Of a stretch of DNA of 64,000 bases, positions 36,907 to 49,261 are shown piece by piece; position 1 is the stretch's first letter; the number at the start of each line of letters is the position of its first letter. This DNA is from Eledone cirrhosa (Eukaryota), in assembly GCA_964016885.1 (NCBI GenBank), contig OZ024740.1, forward strand, positions 320,354,001-320,418,000, written 5' to 3'. A program made the position numbers and the translations under genes. The notes under the pieces were generated by a model. It did no database searches and was not told where the DNA came from. It saw only the letters and a list, made by a program, of their open reading frames with translations.

Positions 36907-37998
36907 GCTGTATTTACCGACCTATTACACGCACTTTAAAAAAAAAAAAAAGAAACATTAAAAAAAATCTTCCCTGTGTCTAATACGCCCGTATTACCGA
37001 TGCGAAGCCGAACGGCGTGTCACGACAATCAAGGTTTTAAAAAATGAATTTGTATTACTATTAGTATTACTAATACAGTAATACAATACAATTTAGTTCG
37101 TATTACTATTAGTATTACTAATACAGTAATACAATACAATTTAGTTCGTATTATTATTAGTATTACTAATACAGTAATGCAATACAATTTAGTTTGTATT
37201 ATTATTAGTATTAGGGCGGTGGATTGGCAGTATCGGTAGAGGGTCGGACGCCATGCTTTCCAGCATAGTTACGTCCCTTTACGATCTGAGTTCAAATCCC
37301 GCCGAGGTTGACTTTGCCTTTCATCCTTACGGGGTCGATAAAATAAAGTACCAGTAATGCACTGGGTAATTGCTGGCCTTGTGCCTAATGTAGAAACAAT
37401 TATTATTACTAAGGGCGGTGAATTGGCAGTATTGGTAGAGGGTCAGACACGCTTTCCAGCGTAGTTACGTCCCTTTACGATCTGAGTTCAAATCCCGCTG
37501 AGGCTAACTTTGCCTTTCATCCTTACGGGGTCGATGAAATAAAGTACCAGTAATGCACTGGGTAATTGCTGGCTTTGTGCCAAAAAGTAGAATCAATTAT
37601 TATTACTATTGGTGGATTGGCAGTATCGGTAGAGGGTCGGACGCCATGCTTTGACGCAAAGAGTTACGGCCCTTTACATTTTGAGTTCAAATCCCGCCGA
37701 GGTTAACTTTGCCTTTCATCCTTACGGGGTCGATGAAATATAGTACCAGTAATGCACCGGGATAATTGCTGGCCTTGTGCCAGAAGTAAAAATAATTATT
37801 ATTACTATTACTAATACAGTACAATTTATCGAAGCAAAATGATGTCGAACTTATATGAGAGTTTTCGAAAGAAACAATGAAATAATTTTTAATAAATTTA
37901 TGAAGAAATGTACTATAATTCTTTTTTCTCAAAATATCCTTGTAAAACCATGGGGCGTCTCGTACGAAGGGAGCTCCAATAGGCCAGCAAATATGGTA
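36907..37998. mobile_element. Pogo/Tigger-like MITE remnant containing SINEs and a ~46-bp tandem repeat
   Basis: ctgtatttaccgacctatt vs aataggccagcaaatatggta; tandem repeat at ~37052-37212. Confidence 0.45.
37214..37795 (+). mobile_element. Three tandem copies of a tRNA-derived SINE (family 1)
   Basis: A-box-like tggcagtatcggtag, B-box gagttcaaatccc, body gcctttcatccttacggggtcgataaaataaagtaccag, (ATT)n tails. Other copies at ~5513-5695, 14803-15002, 16098-16308, 33065-33140, 33725-34057, 38927-39140, 41160-41290, 54650-54890, 59815-59892. Confidence 0.88.
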
Positions 37999-39295
37999 CT
38001 TTAAAGTCAATTAGTTTTTGGTAAACATACCCAGAACAAATTGAAAAGGAGACTTTCTGACGTCAAAAAGTAAACGTTAAGTTCATTATGATAAAAATTG
38101 TTAACTTGGAACAGCAAATGGAGATCCCTAAATAGGAAAAAATTCTTGCAATTGGAGAATAACCACATTTCCCATCAAATACTGAAACGAGGTACCCGAA
38201 AACTCTAAACAACTGAAGTTCCGTACTGTAAAGAATTTAGATATGAGATCAAATGTCAGACGATAATTACGTAATGATTATGGTGTCTTTTATGCACTAA
38301 AAATTTCATACTTCTACTTCCGGGCTGAAAATCCATTTTGAACAAACCTATAAGTGTGCAGCTCCTGAATCTGGCTTCCTTTGCCATACTTCTCACAAAG
38401 AATTTTATTGACGAAACTACAGAAGTTGTGACATTTAATTGTCACAGGCACATGTGTTACTCGGTTTTTGTATCGAAATATCCACCCTCTGTATATGGTT
38501 ACGTGAAGTCCTAACTACTAACGTTGGGTTAGGTGGAGTGTAAAAAATCGGGGGGTGGAGTAGGCGTGAACGCTAAAAGTGCCTTACATAATATCTTGTA
38601 GTGACAACCGCTTGTGCGATACAAGAGACAAACTTAAAATGTTTGAAGTCGTCAAGCTAGCAACGAGCAGAAACAACCATATATAGACTGTGAGTGTGTG
38701 AGTGCGTGTGTGAGAGAGACAAAGAGAGAGAGTGTATGTGGATATTTTACTTGATGCAAAGCCTCCTACAACTCCTATCAATTATAATATAGTTAAATAA
38801 AATCGGGAATATAACTCCTGGAGTAGAAAAGAGTGAACAGAATCGTCTGCGAGAATCGAACCACACCACCACCGTATGCCAGAAGGACGTGTTACCTCTG
38901 TGCTTAGGGTTATTTGACAAATAATGATTTCTAGTATAGGCACAAGGCCAGCAATTTTGGGGGAGGGGAAAGTCGATTAAATCGACCCCAGTGCGTGACT
39001 GGTACTTTATTTTATCGACCCTGTAAGGATGAAAGGTAAAGTTAACCTCGGCGGGAGTTGAACTCAGATCATGAAGGGCCGTAACTCCATGCTGCAAAGC
39101 ATGGCGCCCGACCCTCTACTGATACTGCCAATCCACCGCCTTCTATTTGTCAAATAATAAAAAGAGCTGGTAGTGGGCGTTGAACTAGATGGTGTAGTAG
39201 GAGAAGAAAAGAGCAATATTTACAAATGAGTACTTTCTCGTAAAACTGTCACCTTTGTTAAGAAAAATATAAATAATAAATAATAACATATATCT

Positions 39296-40187
39296 ATCTC
39301 TCTCTATATAAAATTCTTTGTCTGTCTGTATGTATGTATGTATTTTCCCATGCATTCTCAAACGGCTGGACCAAATCATATCAAATTTTACAATGTGATA
39401 GTATTAGACCCCGGGAGTGTGAACATGTAATATTTATTTTCATTTGAATTAAAACAATATAATAATTTATCGAAAATAATCTTTCTATAGTGAACTATAG
39501 TAAACCACCATCACCACCACCACCACGTCACATTTTGTATATGAGTCTGTATGTGTCTGTGAGTGTGTGTGTCTTTACGAGTTCATTACATACGCTAGGC
39601 CTCAGAGAATTAAACACACACACACACATCTACATATACATATAGCCTTAGTAAGATGCATACACACTATCTTCACACACAGACAATTAAACGGACACAC
39701 ACATCTACACAAGTAATAGGTGTGCATGAATGTATGTCTGTGTGTGTCTGCCTTAGTATATGTATGTGAGTGTATGTGAGAGTGTGTGTGTGTGTATGAG
39801 TGTATGTGAGTGTTTGTGTGATAATTTTCATTTTAACGTTAGGCATCAGAGAATTAAACACACACACACACATCTACACATATAGATACACATGTAGTGA
39901 CAGACAGATGTGCGTGAATGTATGTATGTCTTGGTATATGTATGTGAGTGTATGTGAGAGTGTGTGTGTGTGTGTATATGTGAGAGTGTATGTGTGTGTG
40001 AGTGTATGTATGAGAGTATGTGAGAGTGTATGTGTGTGTGAATGTATGTGTGAGTGTATGTATGTGTGAGTGTATGTATGTATGAGTGCATGTGTGAGTG
40101 TATGTGTGTGTGAGTGTATGCGTGATAATTTTTATTTTCATTTGGATTAAAACAATATAAAACATTTTATATATGAATATGTATGTG

Positions 40188-40230
<43 letters not shown>

Positions 40231-40629
40231 TCATTAGGTACGTTATTAAATACACACACGCATATACATATGTGGAAACGGACAAAAAAAATGAGATGAA
40301 ATGCTATGTGTGTGTCTGCGTAAATATATGTCTGTGTGTGTCTGTCTTAGTATATGTATGTGAGAGTGTATGTGTGTGAGTGTGTAGCAACAATTTATTC
40401 ATTTGGACACCAACAAAAAATTACACAATGAATATTGTTTACCCTAAGGTGCTTCAAGATTGACAGATTTTCATTTCTAAATTCTATTATCATTACAATT
40501 TTGATATTTTAAAAATAGAATATAGATATTTTGAAATGATTATGAAAAAAAAAAACATATCTTCATTTATTGTTTACTAATCCAAATAAGAACAGCAGTA
40601 ACCCGGGCAACGCCGGGTAATTCAGCTAT
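39296..40629 (+). mobile_element. Non-autonomous Helitron-like element with internal (GT)n
   Basis: 5' tctatatataaaattc..tctgtctgtatgt; 3' hairpin acccgggcaacgccgggt followed by cagctat (CTAG variant). Confidence 0.65.
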
Positions 40630-41438
40630 TAATAGTATATTTTTCATAGAAATATTTTTCAAAGAAATATTTGCAGTACCATACTAAATATTAAGTTATA
40701 AGATATGGGTTTATTTCGTAACCTAGAAACAACTTATTATCAATGTACCTGATTCGCCAAAACATGTATCTATAAAACACTCAAGTTTAGAAGAGCATTA
40801 AAAAAAGAAAATTCATGATCAGGCCACATTTAAAGATTTATCTTATTTTGAAGCATTTCGGGACCCTATTTGCAAAACAGCTGACGGTGTTGTGCGTTGT
40901 TTCATCCATATGATTGTAAGAAAATTATATGTTATAGAAAACAAAAGGAAAGGGAACAATCCGATCGTCAGATTTTTCCAAGGAAAATATGTTTCTTTCC
41001 GTTGCTGATGCTATCTGCCGGTTTCGATTCTTGACAGAAATCTTACCGCTTTTTCGGTAAGAGGCGACGAGATTTGAATTCAGAACACACAGAACCGTAA
41101 CAAATATAGCAAATCATCCAGCCTGACACTTTAACAAATCCACCAATCTAGCGACCATCAACTGGTATTTTATTTATTAACTTTGAAAGGATGAAAGGCA
41201 AAGTTGACTTCGCCGGGATTTGAACTCAGAACACCAGAACAAATGCAGAGGTATTTACTCCATCACGCTAATAATTCTGCCAATCCGCCAGGAGTTATGA
41301 CCAACAAACAATATCAGCAATGGAAAGCCAATGAAAACACAGTTTCCTTTGTCCAGTCTAACGTCAGGCTCACATCAGGCTCAACATTCATATTAATATA
41401 AATCAATTTTATATACTTTATATAATTTCGTCATTAAG

Positions 41439-41518
41439 CTGATGAGCTTTTGATTCCAGAGTCGGGCCCGATCGATAAGGATCAAAACCTCGAACTGATC
41501 AATCGCGAAACGCGCGTC
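41439..41518 (+). ncRNA. Hammerhead-like motif with enlarged domain II
   Basis: CTGATGA ... ttttgat/atcaaaa stem ... GAAA CGCGCGTC (palindromic minimal stem III of PLE hammerheads). Proximal stem I pairs poorly. Confidence 0.6.
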
Positions 41519-41682
41519 GCACTTCAATAAATGTAATGAAAATTTAACACCTCGTCCAAATTATTATTATTTTACTCTGCTTAGTACCACACCAAAATAC
41601 ATACTGGAGACTACGCACCGAGTGCTCACTTTGGTAAACCAACTGTAACTCGACGCTACAATCCCTAAATTATATATATATC

Positions 41683-41751
<69 letters not shown>

Positions 41752-41861
41752 TATATATATTTCGCGGGCCGAAATGCGATTCTCGGTAATTTATATTTAT
41801 ATATATATATATATATATATACGATATTAATAAATGGAAACTATATTTATAAAACCATATT

Positions 41862-41926
41862 TATTTCATTATACATATTTCAGGGATACCATATTAAATT
41901 ATGGTATGCCTTCATCAGACAAAATA
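41862..41926 (-). ncRNA. Type-I hammerhead ribozyme (left arm, identical mirror copy)
   Basis: Reverse complement of 42059-42123. Confidence 0.85.
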
Positions 41927-42058
41927 CAATATATAACAGTTTTACAAATAGCTTTGACGTACCCTTTTAAAATACAACCATTACTTGACAGCCTCCGAAA
42001 GTAATGGTTGTATTTTAAAAGGGTACGTCAAAGCTATTTGTAAAACTGTTATATATTG

Positions 42059-42123
42059 TATTTTGTCTGATGAAGGCATACCATAATTTAATATGGTATC
42101 CCTGAAATATGTATAATGAAATA
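42059..42123 (+). ncRNA. Type-I hammerhead ribozyme (right arm)
   Basis: tattttgt CTGATGA AGGcATACCATA-atttaa-TATGGTATcCCT GAAA tatgtATA atgaaata. Confidence 0.85.
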
Positions 42124-42251
42124 AATATGGTTTTATAAATATAATTTCCATTTATTAATATCGTATATCTACTCCAAAAACTTGTCGAGTGCTTTATATC
42201 AGTTATAAAAATATTTACTTGTTGTATCCTAACAACTTTAAATAGAACTTT

Positions 42252-42304
<53 letters not shown>

Positions 42305-42414
42305 GATAACAAAATATCATTATAGGTAATCCAGTTAGAGGTTGTGAATACTTCGTATTATGGATAGTTTTAGCGTACGGCGTTGTTTGACTCAACAAGG
42401 GATTTACGTAGGTT

Positions 42415-42519
42415 ATCTCCGATGATCTGGTTAAGCTAACAACGTATTTAAAATTGAGTGGCATTGCTTCAAGTGTTCAGCAATTTTTAGACAACTTAAT
42501 CAGTGAAACAATTATCAGA
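42415..42519 (+). ncRNA. Degenerate hammerhead in a solo pLTR remnant
   Basis: CCGATGA (core variant), long stem II ctggttaag/cttaatcag, GAAA caattaTC aga, then aataaa. Confidence 0.45.
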
Positions 42520-42574
42520 CTGTAAATAAAACCCTTTTTTTGTACTGTTGACCATGTTATTCTTCACGTTTTCA

Positions 42575-45250
42575 ATATATCACAAGAATGGGCCCAAACT
42601 GTGCCAACCTTTTTGTCGGCCATGTTGAAGCCCAAATCTTTGCCCAGTACACCGGCCCCACGCCCGAACTGTACGGTCGTTACATCGACGACTGTATCGG
42701 AACCACGATCCTCACCCGAGAACAGCTCGACTCCTTTCTCTCCTTCTTTTGCTCCTTCCACCCTCACTCCACATCACCACCTCTATCTCCACCACCCACG
42801 TCCACTTCTTAGACATCTCCGTCGCCTTCGACCCCTCCCACCACTCCCTCGTCACCTCCGCCTTCTTCAAACCCACCGACTCCCACTCCTACCTCGACTT
42901 CACCTCTTCCCACCCTACACACACTAAACACTCTATTCCCTACTCCCAACTCCTCAGGATCCGCCGCCTCTGTAGCCGAGATGCTGACTTTGAGTCCCAG
43001 GCCTTTTCCCTAGTCAGCCATTTCATCCGCAGAGGTTACCCCCCTCTCTCGTCCACACCGCTCTCACCCGCGCCCGTGTTGTCCACCGCTCCACCACCGT
43101 CACCTCACGCCACCGCACACCCACCGTCTCCCCTTCCCCATCACCTACCACCCCTCCTCCCTACCCCTCCACCGCACCATCCTCCGCCTCTTCCGACGCC
43201 TCCAGTCCGACCCCTCCACATCCCACATCTTCCCAGCCCCACCACTCCCCTCCTTCAAACGCGCACGCAATCTCCGCACCCTCCTTGTCCGCAGCTCCCT
43301 ACCCCCAACCCACGCTCTCTTCCCCCCCCCCCCGGTTCTCTTCCCTGTTCCAGGCCTCGTTGCAACACCTGTCCGCCACATCACCAACACCACCACCTTC
43401 CAGGGTCCCAACGGCCACTCTCTCTCTGTCCGGCATGCCTTCCGCTGCACCTCCTCAACCTATGTCGGACAGACTGGACGTCGCCTGGCGGACCGTTTTA
43501 CCGAACACCTCCGGGATATTCGTCTCGGCGGTAGTTCCCCCATCGCCCGCCACTTTGGCGCACCTGGACATTCCGGGCACTACCTCACAGTCTGTGGCCT
43601 ACTCCAATGCCACGGAACACCCGCCACCCTCCTCGGGGTCGAACAACGCACCATCTTCACCCTACAGACCCACACTCCCCCCTGCCTGAACCCCCCCCCC
43701 CCCCCCCCCGCTATTCCTTTAGCCTTCGACCGCCCTGTCCCCCCACACACACACATATGCCCCACTAACACCACTAACAGACCCCTCTTTTCACGGCCCA
43801 CCCCACAACTAACAATACTAACACCCCCACCCACACCCGACCACCCTTCCCCAACTAACAATACTAACTCCCTCCTTTCTTCTCCCCCCCTCCCCTTATC
43901 ACGCACACACCCACCGGTAGATATATACACGCACTCACACTAGCCACACACCCTACTACCACCACTAACCCTCACACCCACACATCCACTCCCACCACCC
44001 CACAACTAATACCCCCCCCCCCCCCGACCACACGCACACGAACACACACACACACTTACACCACCCACTCTACACACCCTACCACCACTGACCCCCACTA
44101 ACATCCGCATTCAACCCTTTCCCCACCATCAGTATACTAACACCCACTAACACCCCTTTCACCAGACACACACACTCATCCAAACACGCACACACACACC
44201 AGTACACTACACTCCCTCCACCGGCCCCCACACCTTTCTTTCCCCCGCCCCCTCCTCTCTCCACCCACTCCCCTTTTCACACACACACACATCCCACTAA
44301 CACCTCTACTAATACCCCCCCTTCCCACTCCACCTTTCACACCTACCCATCCTCTCCCCTGTCCACCGCACCTCCGCACACACTGACACACCGACTTTCT
44401 CCACCTGCCATTCTCCCCGACTGCTGCTATGCCCTGAATCTCTGACCACCTCTCCGCACACACAGACACACAACCCACCTCCTGCCTCTTTCCGACCAAC
44501 CCAACCACGGATTACACACATTGGACATCGCTCCCACGAATCAACTCCATCACAATGAAATTACCTGGCATCCCACCACATCCTCTACGGAATTACCTTA
44601 GGAACTCACCCACGGACATACACTAAAAAAAAAAATTTTCCCACACGCTACCTACATCCACAATACGTATAAACACCACACACACGTGCGTACCACCACA
44701 TATTTACACACTCAACCTCCGGAATCCTCTCCTCCCCTCCCCACCCCTCTGACCCCTCCCCATCCACACACGCACACACACACCGACCTACACCCCACCG
44801 CACACACACACCTTTTCCTGAACATGCAACCCTGTTCTTCCCTAACTCTCACATTCACATACACACACACACGTACACCTACATACACACACCACCTTCA
44901 GCCCTCCCCGCTCGGAAACCCCGCCTCCCTCTCCCCATTCCACCCGCCACCACGCCTACACGCCCCACACCCTTCCACCACCTATTTTATTTCATGTTTA
45001 TTTTTATTTTTATTATGCTTTTATATTTATTTTCATTTGTACCGTTTCCTCTCACCCCCTTTTTTCTAAATGTCTCTCCCCCACTCCCCTACACACCCTT
45101 GGAACCCTCTTCCCAGACACTTTTCGCCTGAAGAAGGGCTTATGCCCGAAACGTCGTTCCCCACCACCACCCCACTCTCAAGAGCGTGAAACTAATAAAC
45201 CTTTGTTCGTACTGCCTCTCTGTTTTGTTCCCGGTCAATTTTTCACTATA
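42575..45250 (+). mobile_element. 5'-truncated, frameshifted Penelope-like element (Neptune-like) with a C/A-rich 3' region
   Basis: MGPNCANLFVG..YGRYIDDCIG, HFLDISV, KPTDSHSYLDFTSSHP..SIPYSQLLRIRRLCS, PCSRPRCNTC and a GIY-YIG remnant (YVGQTGRRLADRFTEH). Terminal hammerhead, then (TA)n. Confidence 0.85.
45126..45157 (+). ncRNA. Minimal PLE hammerhead
   Basis: CTGAAGA AGGGC-TTAT-GCCC GAAA CGTC; stem I is weak. Confidence 0.7.
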
Positions 45251-45610
45251 TATATATATATAATTGTGTGCGTGTGTGTATTACGATCAAAATGTGCACC
45301 GCTCCAACACACATATCCACACATACACACACAAACAACAATTTGTCCACTCACGGAAAGCATTTCATCTGCACACACATATCAGTATCAATGATAGACC
45401 CGGTTGATCGGCAACTATTTTCCAACAAGCGTGGAACTAGTAATATTTTGTGTAACTGTATCATTATCTTTGTCTTTTCTGAAGATAAACTTGAGCTATA
45501 TGAATGCCTGTGTGTGTGTTTGAGCGTATGTGTGTGTGTCTGTGTGACTGTGTCTGTGTCTGTGTGTGTCTGTCTGTGTCTGTGAGTGTATGTATGTGTG
45601 TGTGTGTCTG

Positions 45611-45657
<47 letters not shown>

Positions 45658-46778
45658 GTGTGTGTGTGTGTGCACATACCCACTTATACTTTTCTCACAC
45701 TTAATTACTTCAGAGGATGTCCGTCAGCACCTTACGCCTCCCTGTAGGCCTAGATCTGACAGAAACTACTTATTCTCACCTATTTCTTTTTCATCCTTAG
45801 TCGCCATGCTTTCTCCTCATTAAATGCACACACGCACATTTTTCCTCTTTATAATGTTTTCTCTTTTCCTTCTGTCTATCTTGATAAAGACAGTTGTCCG
45901 AAACGTCAATACGTCTTTCTTTGTGCCATGGCGTAATACATTTACTTTATACTCCCCTTTATCGGGGAGGGGTCCTAATTTTTTACTTGTTTTTGCTCGT
46001 ATTTTGCTTTTTAGACATATATTTACCACTCTTATGCATACCAAACCGGATTACACCGACACTAGTTTTCTTATTCGACAGTATATATATTTTCAGCAAT
46101 TCTTTTAAATCAATTCTTTTGACACTGTATAGAAATCCTAAGTATGTGTTTAGTCAGCTAAGAACTGGGGGATAATTATTGGGTTAGAGATCAGAATGTA
46201 TTCGATCAAAGAACGTTTTAATAAAAATCTTGCTGAGATTATATCTAATGGGATATGTAGAACACTGATTGTCTAGTTGTAGAGTGAGCTTCATAGAAGT
46301 TATATCAAGGTATACTTTTCAGATGTTTCTTATCAATTCCTCATTAAGGACACACTTCTGTATATTGAATGTAAACATGAATATTTGGATTAATAATTGC
46401 AGAGTTAATTTCATGGGAGTTCTATCAAGATAAACTTTTTAGTTCTTTTCAGTATTTTCATATTTGTAATTCAACCATGCCTCTATTCCATTAGGCGATA
46501 ATCAAACTACGATTAATTTTCATAAAAGGTTCCAGGAGTATTTTATATGTGATGAGACAGAAAATACTGTCAAATTACGATAGTTCGATTACCAGGCATA
46601 TATTTTGCTGAATTGGACTTTGACGTAAAACCTTAATAAAATATAAAATAAAGCTAAATGGATACACGCCTGTTAGTTATAACCCATATAATTTATCATT
46701 TTGATACAAAATATGCAGTTTTTTTTTCTAAATCCAGAATAACTTTAAATCAAATATATTTAAAAACTTGTTTCTTAC

Positions 46779-47731
46779 CTTGGTCGACGAATATGAGTCC
46801 AGTTAACGAACCTTGACATATAATCCATGACTGGTGAAACAGAAGATATTATCCATTGATTTGACTTACCACAGTCTATATATGGTTCTGTAAATTGAAC
46901 AGGAAGTGGAATATCTCCAAGCGTCTGGCCAGGCTGACTTGGCCCAAAGAATGAAGTAACTTGGTATTTGTCATTATTAAATTTTCCTGTTACGTTGGAA
47001 TATTTGATACCAACATTGTAAGAGTATTTCGTAAGGGAATCCCTGCTGCTCGAGATATCGGGAAGGTTGTATAAGTTGTACCAAGGTGTTGTCTTTGATG
47101 AAGGATGAGTGTAATTATGATTATCTGCGCCAAAATCTTTGATCATCACTGTTTGCAAAGTCATTTCTCGAAGATAGTTATCTGAATCCTTCGAATCATC
47201 CCAGCGCCAAGCAGACGGACCAAATAAAGGCAATGTTGTGTTAAATACGAATGGATCCAACCAATTGGGATAAGAAGCGTTGTGATCATAAAAAAGACTG
47301 CTGCCATTGAGGCTGAATGGATTAGAATTTACATCAGCTACTGCTGACATATATATATACATCCAACCTGGCAAGTTGGGAAAATCTTGTTCAGATTGGT
47401 TGTATTTTTGTAGCATGTAGCTATGGAAATAGGCTCTGTTTAACGCCATATTATGAAGATGTAGCAGTTTCGTGCGATTTTTATATATGATTTTACTTAA
47501 AAGTTCGTTGTATTTTGGTAGTTGAGATACAATATCTTTTCTTAACGTCAACTGGTCTCTTGATTTACCTTTACAGTTCTGCGGCGTGACAGCCGTAATT
47601 TTATCTTGTATTTCGTCGTAATTATCATATTTCATCCATTCGAATTCTCCTGAAGTATATGTTGAATACAGGAATACAATAAACAGAGAAGCTAGCTGAA
47701 AACTTACTGTGCTGATTAAAGTTTTCGCCAT
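46779..47731 (-). CDS. Host gene, coding exon 1: signal peptide plus first GPR158/179-like extracellular Cache-like module
   Basis: ORF starts MAKTLISTVSFQLASLFIVFLYSTYTSG (signal peptide-like). Motifs NRTKLLHLHNMALNRAYFHSY, FGPSAWRWDD and FTEPYIDCGKSNQWIISSVSP resemble invertebrate GPR158-like ectodomains. Acceptor ttttcag precedes 47767; donor AG|gtaaga at 46778 (phase 2). Confidence 0.85.
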
Positions 47732-47821
47732 GCTGATTGATACATCTAATTATGTATTGTCATTTGCCTGAAAATATAAAATGATATATCAAATCCTCAT
47801 TAAGATAAAAACGTTAAAAGA

Positions 47822-47852
<31 letters not shown>

Positions 47853-47865
47853 TGTATGTATGTAT

Positions 47866-48466
47866 GTAGTTGGTGCTACTGGTAACATGTATCCCAGTAC
47901 AACCTGTCTAGTGGTCGGGTCGTTGGCGACTAAACTGGCAACCCCACCAAGGTTTCTTGGTGAGGAGGGTGACTTTGGACATCCTGCAGGACTAAAAACA
48001 AAACCTGTCAAAGGGCAAAGGAGCTCTTAAGAGTCAATGGCCATCCAAAATCACCGGGAGAGATGACCCCTTAGCCTTTGTCAATGCAGAATTCTAGGAG
48101 AAGGAAAACTCTGATATAACACCTGCAACCCTGATGGTATCCAATGATGTTGACTTGTTCTTCTTTTTGGTAAATATCATCTTGGTTAAGAGAGTGGGAC
48201 TGGCTTTGTGCAGTGCCTTTGCTCACTATAAAAGCTTCACGGCACAGGCATTGCTTTATATCTGGAGATCTCTCTGCACTTGTCGTCACATGGTACCATG
48301 AGCCCAACACTATGTATCTCTAATTGTCACAAGAGTAGTGTTTGTACCAGAGTTTTCAAGTCGCTGGCTGGACTAAAAAGTCACACTCGTTCAGCGCATC
48401 GGTAGGGGTTCTCCTACATGGATATAAAGTAGTGGCCGTACTCGAAAACGAGTTGGCAGCCACCAT
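47866..48466 (+). mobile_element. Second copy of the bipartite RTE-derived element
   Basis: Colinear with 7151-7745; (TATG)n on both sides. Confidence 0.78.
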
Positions 48467-48481
48467 GTATGTATGTATGTA

Positions 48482-49235
48482 CTCAGGCCTAGAGAGGGAT
48501 GGGCTCCACCAGGCTTAAAATACCCAAGAAACGCCGTATGTCAATGCGTTTAAACCTGGTGGAGCCCATCCCTCTCCAGGCCTGAGTACAGCAGATTTCT
48601 TCCAGAGTGAGGAAGAATGGACCCCACTGAGCAGAGAGCCGGAACGAATACAATAAAATATTCTATCCGACGGGGAACTATGTGAAGGAAGGCGACCACC
48701 ACACAAACTAAAAATGCGGTACCGGGACTGTGTCAGGGGCACCTTGGCTTGTGCTGGAATTTCATCTGACGAATGGGAGAAAATGGCTGAGGAAGTGTGA
48801 AGTGGAGACGTTTGATCAAGTCAGGAAGTGAACACTTTGAAACTCGTCGAAGAGAACACCTAACACTGAAAAGGAAGGTGGGGAAAAGAGACTGTTCTGA
48901 ACTGCCTGCTGTTGAGCCTCATCTGGTTTGCCAACACTGTGGTCGAGTCTGCCTGAGCAAAGCTGGTTTGATTAGAACAAAGTCATATCAGTAGACCTCA
49001 TGTAGATTATGATCTGAAAAGGTGTAAGGAATGTGCAAACATGGGAGTCTTAAAAGACACATGAGAACACAGAGCCAGAACCAAGCAGTGGAAAGTCCCA
49101 GAAGAGCCTACAGTTGCCATGTGTGTGTGCCAGAGAGTGCAAGTCTTTGGCTGGTTTAAAGAGCCACATTCGTTCCTCACATTTTTGAGCATTTTATCGG
49201 GCGATGGCAATGTTCGAACACGAGTTTGCAGACAT
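48482..49235. mobile_element. RTE 3' fragments joined to another short repeat
   Basis: GELCEGRRPPHKLKMRYRD, CQHCGRVCLSKAGL, (CAT)n tail. 48490-48670 also matches 53505-53665. Confidence 0.6.
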
Positions 49236-49261
49236 CATCATCATCATCATATGTATGTATG

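Larger units (their letters stand above)
41817..42168. mobile_element. Near-perfect fold-back PLE-type unit: 170-bp arms, 12-nt spacer, a hammerhead in each arm
   Basis: 41817-41986 vs 41999-42168, one mismatch seen; spacer gacagcctccga. One-sided extension to ~42256; (TA)n on both sides. Confidence 0.88.

Noticed and set aside
37052-37212. CRISPR-like array
   Set aside because: Contiguous ~46-bp tandem repeat without unique spacers, in eukaryotic DNA.
37214-37290. tRNA gene
   Set aside because: A/B boxes are present but there is no cloverleaf; these are SINE heads.
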